Shown here piece after piece: positions 54,832-64,000 of a DNA stretch of 64,000 nucleotides (positions are counted from its first letter, which is position 1; every line of letters starts with the position of its first letter). Below the pieces are notes generated by a model that had not been told where the DNA came from, ran no database searches, and was given only the letters and a program-made list of their open reading frames with translations. The position numbers and the translations under genes were made by a program. The stretch is from the human T2T-CHM13v2.0 reference genome, Homo sapiens, in the NCBI RefSeq assembly GCF_009914755.1, contig NC_060941.1. One strand, written 5' to 3'.

Positions 54832-56446
54832 CAGGACAGGCTACACAGTTTGGAGGTCCAGTGCAAATGAAAATGTGGGTCTCCTTGTTCAAAAGTATTA
54901 GGACTCTGGCCAGGTGCGATGGCTCACGCCTGTAATCTCAGCACTTTGGGAGGCTGAGGCGGATGGATCACCTGAGATCAGGAGTTTGAGACCAGCCTGG
55001 CCAATGTGGTGAAAGCCCGTCTCTACTAAAAATACAAAAATTAGCTGGGCATGGTGGCAGATGCCTGTAATCTCAGCTACTCAGGAGGCTGAGGCAGGAG
55101 AAGCACTTGAACCCAGGAGGCGGAGGTTGCAGTGAACCGAGATCACGCCATTGCACTCCAGCCTGGGTGACATATAAGGTCCAGCCCTACGGGGCTTAGC
55201 AGGTGTTCTCCCCGTGTGCGGAGATGAGAGATCATAAGAAATAAAGACACAAGACAAAGAGATAAAGAGAAAACAGCTGGACCCTGGGGACCACTACCAC
55301 CAAGACGCGGAGACCGGTAGTGGCCCCGAATGGCTGGGGGCACTGACATCTATTGCATACAAGACAAGGGGGGCAGGGTAAGGAGGGTGAGTCGTCCAAG
55401 CGATTGATAAGGTCAAGCAAGTCAAGTGATCATGGGATAGGGGGCCCTTCCCTTTTAGGTAGCCAAAGCAGAGAGGGAAGGCAGCATATGTCAGCGTTTT
55501 CTTCTATGCATGTATCAAAAAGATCAAAGACTTTAAGGCTTTCACTATTTCTTCTACCACTATCTACTACGAACTTCAAAGAGGAATCCAGGAGTATGGG
55601 AGGAACATGAAAGTGGACAAGGAGCGTGACCACTGAAGCACAGCACCACAGAAAGGGGTTTAGGCCTTGGGATGACTGCGGGCAGGCCTGGATAATATCC
55701 AGCCTCCCACAAGAAGCTGGCGGAGCAGAGTGTTTCCTGACTCCTCGAAGGAAAGGAGACTCCCTTTCTTGGTCTGCTAAGTAGCGGGTGCCTTCCCAGG
55801 CACTGGCGTTACCGCTTGACCAAGGAGCCCTCAAGCGGCCCTTATGAGGGCGTGACAGAGGGCTCACCTCTTGCCTTCTTGGTCACTTCTCATAATGTCC
55901 CTTCAGCACCTGACCCTATACCCTCCGGTTATTCCTTGGTTATATTAGTAATACAACAAAGAGTCATATTAAAGGCTAATAATTAATAATGTCTATACTA
56001 ATGATTGATAATGCCCATGACCATCTCTATATCTAATTTGTATTATAACTATTCTCATTCTAACTATTTTCTTTATTATACTGAAACAGTCTGTGCCTTC
56101 AATCTCTTGCCTCGGCACCTGGGTAATCCTCCGCCCACAGTGACAAGAGTGAAACTCTGTCTTAAAAAAAAAAATTAAGAATTTCAAGATAGGACAGCAG
56201 AGCTTTAAATTTTTTTTTTTTCCTAGAGGCAGAGTCTTGCTCTCTTGCCCAGGCTGGGGTGCATTGTTGCAATCACATATCACTGCAGCCTTGAGCTCCC
56301 GGGCTCAAGTGGTCATCCTGCTTTGGCCTCCCAAAGTCCTGGGATTACAGGCGTGAGCCACTGCACCCGGCCTGTAGAGCTTTAAACAAAGCACAGGCTG
56401 CTTCTGAGCACAGGGCCCTCGTCACATGGCTATGAAGCCAGCCCTG
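54832..56446 (-). mobile_element. MER91A-like hAT element split by two Alus
   Basis: CAGGACAGGCTAC...CCTTGTTCAAAA [Alu] TTAAGAATTTCAAGAT...AGAGCTTTAAA [Alu] ...TATGAAGCCAGCCCTG, with CAGG...CCTG termini. Confidence 0.65.
55173..56139 (-). mobile_element. HERV-K-class solo LTR (LTR13A-like, HML-4), 967 bp
   Basis: Minus strand starts TGTGGGCGGAGGATTACCCAGGTGCCGAGGCAAGAG. Perfect TSD GTGACA at 55167-55172 and 56140-56145, inside an Alu right arm. Confidence 0.85.
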
Positions 56447-56997
56447 CCTGGACCCAGAACCCTGGTGTGGGCACTTTATAGCTTATAAGCCCTCCAGTCA
56501 AGAGGCCTCAGCCTGAGCCTCCCTGAGCCTCAGTTTCCTCTCCTGTAATCTGTGAAAGCACTGAGCACTAATCTCCCTTCCGGGCTAGCTTTCTGCAATA
56601 GCTTAAAGCTCCCATCCCAAGATCTCTCCAAGAATCCTCTTACCAAGTCCCTGCTCCCAGCCTGGCTCCCTGGTCCCCATCCCTCTCCCCTCTCACACCC
56701 TTTCAAAGCCCAGAAAGGACAGGTGACCGAGTGACTGTCTCTGGGCTCATACAGTGGGGTGGTCTCCTGTGACAGGCTAGGGCTTCAGGGTATGGCTTAG
56801 CCTATCCCTCACACTTCCTTGGGGCCTCTTGGGGCAGACAGCCCAGGCGGGGCCCAGCAGGCACACTAGTCAGGTGCCTGATGATGAGGGCAGGCGCCTG
56901 GAACTGGGTCAACAATCGCTCACACGGAGGTGACTCAAGCAGCAAGGGGAAAAAGAGGTGGGGGTGGGGAGGTGGCTGTTTCTGTGCCCTCACTTGA

Positions 56998-57345
<348 letters not shown>

Positions 57346-57523
57346 TAATTTTTTTTTTTTTTTAGTGATGGGGTCTCCATATGTTGCCCAGGCTGGTCTC
57401 AAACTCCTAGGCTCAAGTGATCCTTTCACCTTGGCCTTGGCCTCCTAAAGTGCTGGGATTACAGGCGTGACCCACTGTGCCTGCCTGCTGGTATGTAACT
57501 TGTTGTTTTTTTTTTTTTTTTAG

Positions 57524-57622
<99 letters not shown>

Positions 57623-57799
57623 TGAGTAGCTGGGATTACAGGCATGTGCCACCATGCCCAGCTAATTTTTGTATTTTTAGTAGAGACAGGGTTTCACCAT
57701 GCTGGCCAGGCTGGTCTTGAACTCCTAACCTTGAGTGATCTACCCACCTCTGCCTCCCAAAGTGCTGGATTACAGGCCAATAGGCCTGGCCCCCTGTAA

Positions 57800-58010
<211 letters not shown>

Positions 58011-58419
58011 TAGCCAGGATGGTCTCCATTTCCTGACCTTGTGATCCACCCGCCTCAGCCTCCCAAAGTGCTGGGATTACAGGCGTGAGCCACCACGCCC
58101 GGCCCCTGTAACTTCTTAAGCAAAGGAAAATAAAAAAAAAAAAAAAGCAGAAGCCACAAAGGAAAAGATTGACCAATATATTTCAGATGACATAACAACA
58201 ACACAAAAGACAAATGACAGATTGGGAGGAAGCATCTGAAACATACAAAATACCCAGAATATATAAACAGCTCCTACAGTTCAACAAGAAAGAAAATACT
58301 GCAAAAACAATCAGCAAATAATACTGTGATGGTAGAACAATGTATCTACTTGGATGGTGCTCCTGGATTAGATTAACATTTAAATCAGTGAACTTTGGTT
58401 AAAGCAAATTGCTCTCCAT

Positions 58420-59293
58420 TGTAGGGAGACCCCCTGAAACTATTGCTACGGAATAAAAGATGAAATGCTCCTGATTATTGTAAATACGAAATTGCATGCA
58501 GGATTGTGTAAAGACAATGCCAGGTTGGACTGCCAGTATAAGCCAACAGCTCGTGATGTGCTTCCCCCTGAAGAGAGCCTATGAACAGACGTGCAGTCAG
58601 GGAGGTTTCACATCACCAATATTCCTATCCCAGAAAAGCAGATGTTCATAGCCCTGGGAATGGAATGTGACCCTTGTGGAGGGCCTATAAATGGACGCAT
58701 GAGCGGCACCTGTTCATATGGATAAGATAGGGCTATAAATGCCCTCATCTTGCCATGGCTCTTCTAGGCCTCTTTAAGGTTAAGGCATACTCCCTTCTGA
58801 TAATTTCTGGTCTAACTGGTTATCTAGCTTCACGTCCTGTTTCTATGGATTGTTTGTAACCAGCTTTTGCTGCAACTCTTACTGCTGATTAATATCTTGC
58901 TAATCATAGGTTATGGAAAGACTGTGTTTCTGTTTTAAGGCTCTGTTAGAAATTACTGATGCACACACTATATTGTAAATTCTTATCTCTGTATACTGTA
59001 CTTCTGCATACAGATGTTATGTTAAAGAATTACTTCATCCCCATGTGACCATCTCACCTCATAATCAAACGACCCTAAATCCCTCACTAACCTACCCTCG
59101 CCCTCACTAAACTTAATAATAAATGCTGGTATATCCAGTGCATTGGCAGCATCGCAGGACCAGAAGGCGGTGACCCCCTTGGACCCAGCTTTCACTATCT
59201 TGTGTGTGTCTATTATTTCCCGACCTGCCGATCCACCTGGGGACAAAGAGAGAGCCCCATTGCCTTGTGGGCTGCTGGCCAGATCCCGCGATA
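58420..59293 (+). mobile_element. HERV-K-class solo LTR (MER11D-like, HML-7), 874 bp, nested in an MLT2-like LTR
   Basis: Starts TGTAGGGAGACCCCCTGAAACTATTGC and contains TATAAA and AATAAA motifs. Perfect TSD CTCCAT at 58414-58419 and 59294-59299. Confidence 0.85.
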
Positions 59294-59781
59294 CTCCATA
59301 ATGTGGATGGACCTGAATAAAACAGAAAGACGGGCCTCGCCGAACTAGAGGGAATTCTCCTGCAGGCTACCCTCAGACTTAACCATCAGCTCTCCTGGGT
59401 CGCCAGCCCACCAGCTCACACTAAAGGCTTAGGATGGTTATGATAAGAAAGACAGATGATAACAGAAGTTAACCATGGATGAGGCTAAAGAGAAATTGAA
59501 ACCCTCATACATCGCTGGTGGGAATGTAAAATAGTGCAGCTGCTTTGGAAAACAGGCTGGTAGTTACACAAAAGGCTAAACAGAATTATTATGTAATCCA
59601 CTAATTCTACTCCTAGGTATATACCCAAGAGAAATGAAAACATGTCCACACAAAAACTTGTATGGGCCGGGCGTGGTGGCTCACTCCTGTAATCCCAGCC
59701 CTTTGGGAGGCTGAAGTGGGAGGATCCCTGGAGTTCAGGAGTTTGAGACTAGCTGACCAACATGGCAAGACCCTGTCTCTA

Positions 59782-59997
<216 letters not shown>

Positions 59998-60386
59998 TCA
60001 AGCCTGTAATCTGTAATCTCAGCATTTTGGGAGGCTGAGGCAGCAGGATCACTTGAGGCCAGGAGCTTGAGACCAGACTAGGCAACATATTAAGACAAAA
60101 AAATACAAAATATAGCTGGGAGTGGTGGCATGTGTCTGTATTCCCAGCTACTCAGGAGGCTGAGGTGGGAGGGTCTGAGGCTGCAGTACAAGGTGGCACC
60201 ACTGTAATCCAGCTTGGGCGGCAGAGGAAGGCTCTGTCTCAAAAACAAAGAAACAAACAAAAATGGGCCACGCGTGGTGGCTCACGCCTGTAATCCCAGC
60301 AGTCTGGGAGATTGAGGTGGGTGGATCACTTGAGGTCAGGAGTTCGAGACCAGCCTGGTCAACATGGCGGAACCCTGTCTCTACTA

Positions 60387-60623
<237 letters not shown>

Positions 60624-60838
60624 CTAAGTGAAAGAAGCCAGTTGCAGATCACATATTATAAAATTTCATTTATATGGAATATCCAAATCTATAGAGGTAG
60701 AAAGTAGATCAGTGGTTGCCTAGGGTTAGGGAGGGTGACTGCTAAAGGACATAAGGCTGCCTTCTGTGGTGATAAAAATGGTCTTAAACTGATTGTAATG
60801 ATGCTGCATAACTCTCTTAAGACACTAAAAACCATTGA

Positions 60839-60982
<144 letters not shown>

Positions 60983-61081
60983 TAGGGAATTACAGACCTC
61001 GTTATCGTGGCACCTTACCCTTCTGATGTTAAAAAAAAAAAAAAAAAAGAGCGAGAGAGAGAGAGAGAAACATTTGTGAAG

Positions 61082-61297
61082 TAGGTTGTTGAGTCTCAGC
61101 ACTATTGACCTTTTGGGCAGGATACTTCTTTGTTGTGGGGGATTGTTCTGTGTGTCGTGTGATGTTTAGTGGGATTGCTGGCCCTTACCTACCAGATGCC
61201 AGTGTCCCTCCACCCTGAGTTGTGACAACCCAGATTGTCTCCAGACACTCCTAAATGTCCCTGGCCGGCAAAATTGCCGCTGCTCAAGAATCACGGC
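61082..61297. mobile_element. MER20 DNA transposon
   Basis: CAGCACTATTGACCTTTTGGGCAGGATA...CAGATGCCAG...GTTGTGACAACC...TGTCTCCAGACA...AAATGTCCC. Confidence 0.8.
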
Positions 61298-62407
61298 TTT
61301 GACGATTAGACTTTGTGATATTTGTTTCAGTCTGTTTAGGTTTTTTTTCTTCTACCTGTATTTTTTTCTGGTTCTGGGTGGTTGTAATTAGTAGGTTATT
61401 GATCGATTCACCTAACATTTCATGAAAGTTTCATGTGTGTGTGTGTTTCAATAGAAGCATAAACTATACTCCCTAGTCTCAAGATACACAGGAAGGAAAA
61501 TAAGCACAAATGTGTCACCAGGGCACAGACTAGTACTAGGTCCTCAGCAGGCCAGGTGTCTTATCCGCTGTCTGGGTCTGCTCTAGCTCCAGGCTTAGAA
61601 CCCCTGCCACACGACTCCACAGCTCGGTTGGCACCCTTTCCCTCCTCCGACTTCTGCTGCCTCGAGCTTGGTTAGCCATCCCCCTGCCCCTGCCTCATCC
61701 TCAGCTCCAGTTCCTTGCTCAGGCTGCAGCAGTCTCCATCCCCTGTGCAGACACTGCCGTTCCTCCACGGCCCAGTATCAGGCTTTCCCTGGGCCTCTCC
61801 TCTCTCCTGGCCCATCTCCCATCATCCATCTCTGCCTGGCCCAGGCCCTTTGGCACCAAGCAGGCTGACTCTTGTCACTGGCTAATCTGTTCTGTGGTAC
61901 ATTTTCTCTCCTCACCCTCCCATATCAATTCCTCGAAGGCAGGGCCGATCTGGAGACTAGGAAGCCACTTCTCTTTCGACAGCCCCCACCACAGCCCAGC
62001 CCGTGCCAGGCACCCAGCAGCTCCTGAAGCCCACTGGCATTGAACATGGCATTCAATCCCTGCCAAGCCTGCCCTTCCCATCTGGTTTCCCAGGGCTCTT
62101 CCCAACACCTCCTCCTCCACCTGCCAGTTAAAATCTTCCCAGACTCAGCTCAAGGAGATGCTCCTAAGGTGGAATGAAATCTCTTCTTCCCCACCTGGAG
62201 ACAATCTACTTCCTCTCCCTACACCTGGCAACTGGCGCACAACCTTGTATCTTAAATTAGATTCAGCCTGAGACTGTCTCCCACCAATCCCTGCTCCCTG
62301 TCCTGCTGAGCACCTTGAGGAAAGGGCTTTGGGGCTGTTTATCTTTGTCCTGGAAACCATCCTTCAACTCACTCTGGGGCCTGCCTAGCATGTCAACCGA
62401 GTTTGGA

Positions 62408-62465
62408 GAATAGGGCAGAATAGGGCAGGACAGGACAGGACAAGACAGGGCAGGATAGGATAGGA
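62408..62465. repeat. Imperfect pentanucleotide STR (GACAG/GATAG/GGCAG)
   Basis: Directly visible about 0.7 kb upstream of GRN exon 1. Confidence 0.8.
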
Positions 62466-62635
62466 GCGAGCCAGCTCAGTAGCTCACATTTGTAATCCCA
62501 GCGCCTTGGGGGGCTGCGGTAGGAGAATCGCTTTGGGAGCAGGAGTTGCAGGCCGCAGTGAGCTATGATCAGCTTGGGCGACTGAGCGAGACCCTGTCTC
62601 TAAAACAAACACACAAGTCCGGGCGCGGTGGCTCA

Positions 62636-63245
<610 letters not shown>

Positions 63246-64000
63246 GAGGTAGGCGGGTCATCGCGCTGGGGTCTGTAGTCTGAGCGCTACCCGGTTGCTG
63301 CTGCCCAAGGACCGCGGAGTCGGACGCAGGTAGGAGAGCGGCCGCGCAGACCTCTCGCCTGCTCCTGCCCAGGGGCCCGGCCAGGGCCATGTGAGCTTGA
63401 GGTTCCCCTGGAGTCTCAGCCGGAGACAACAGAAGAACCGCTTACTGAAACTCCTTGGGGGTTCTGATACACTAGGGGGAGTTTTATGGGAAAGAGGAAG
63501 CAGTAATTGCAGTGACGCCCCGTTAGAAGGGGCTTTCTACCTCCCCAGCATTCCCCCAAAGCAGGGACCACACCATTCTTGACCCAGCTCCACCCCTGTC
63601 GGTAGGTGCTGGCTTCTTCCCCTCTCCTGGTGGTGGTGGGTGGTTCCCGCGGCGGCCTGGAGCCGGAGGGGCGCGCGACCCTGGGCTGGGAGCTCCGAGG
63701 GCCTGGGAACGAGACCTGAGACCTTGGCTTCTCGAAGGTAGTAGGGACTTGGGAGTGGTGACTGAACCTGGTCTGGCTCCTCCTTACTTCCTCTTGTTGC
63801 GGGTGGGACGAGCTAGCTTCCGCCTCTCCCAGCCACTTTTTCCTGCTCATTTGCAGCTAGGTTGGCTCCCCTTTTGGGAATTTCCTCTCCCCTTGGCACT
63901 CGGAGTTGGGGGGTGCCACCTAGTGGAAGATAACGGAGCTAGGGTCTTGAAGAGGCTGCTGTCCCCTCTGGCTGTTTTGGCGGTGTAGGGTGGCATGAGA

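Overview
Human (primate) genomic DNA, recognisable as the chr17q21.31 RUNDC3A-SLC25A39-GRN locus. Positions 1-24.3 kb are an Alu-saturated repeat field. It contains a fossil class III (ERV-L-like) provirus with gag, protease, RT and dUTPase remnants, old L1 fragments, a MaLR LTR, MER44, and retrocopies of 7SL, U3 and U6. RUNDC3A (+) has 11 coding exons (25912-35316, 446 aa), a CpG-island promoter with CRE and RE1/REST motifs, and an alternative last exon polyadenylated within an L2 remnant. SLC25A39 (-) is the mitochondrial glutathione carrier (CDS 40640-37079, 359 aa) and lies tail-to-tail with RUNDC3A. The 42-62 kb intergenic region holds an AluYb8, two HERV-K-class solo LTRs with perfect 6-bp TSDs nested in older elements, MER20/MER91, and tRNA and U13 fragments. 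The window ends in the GRN promoter, non-coding exon 1 and the start of intron 1. Most ORFs in the track are Alu or GC-rich noise. I see no new multi-gene system. The best leads are a cluster of splice features around the SLC25A39 Fe-S/GSH sensor loop, uORFs in SLC25A39 and GRN, and TE-donated regulatory sites. Gene and repeat names come from recognition, not from database searches.
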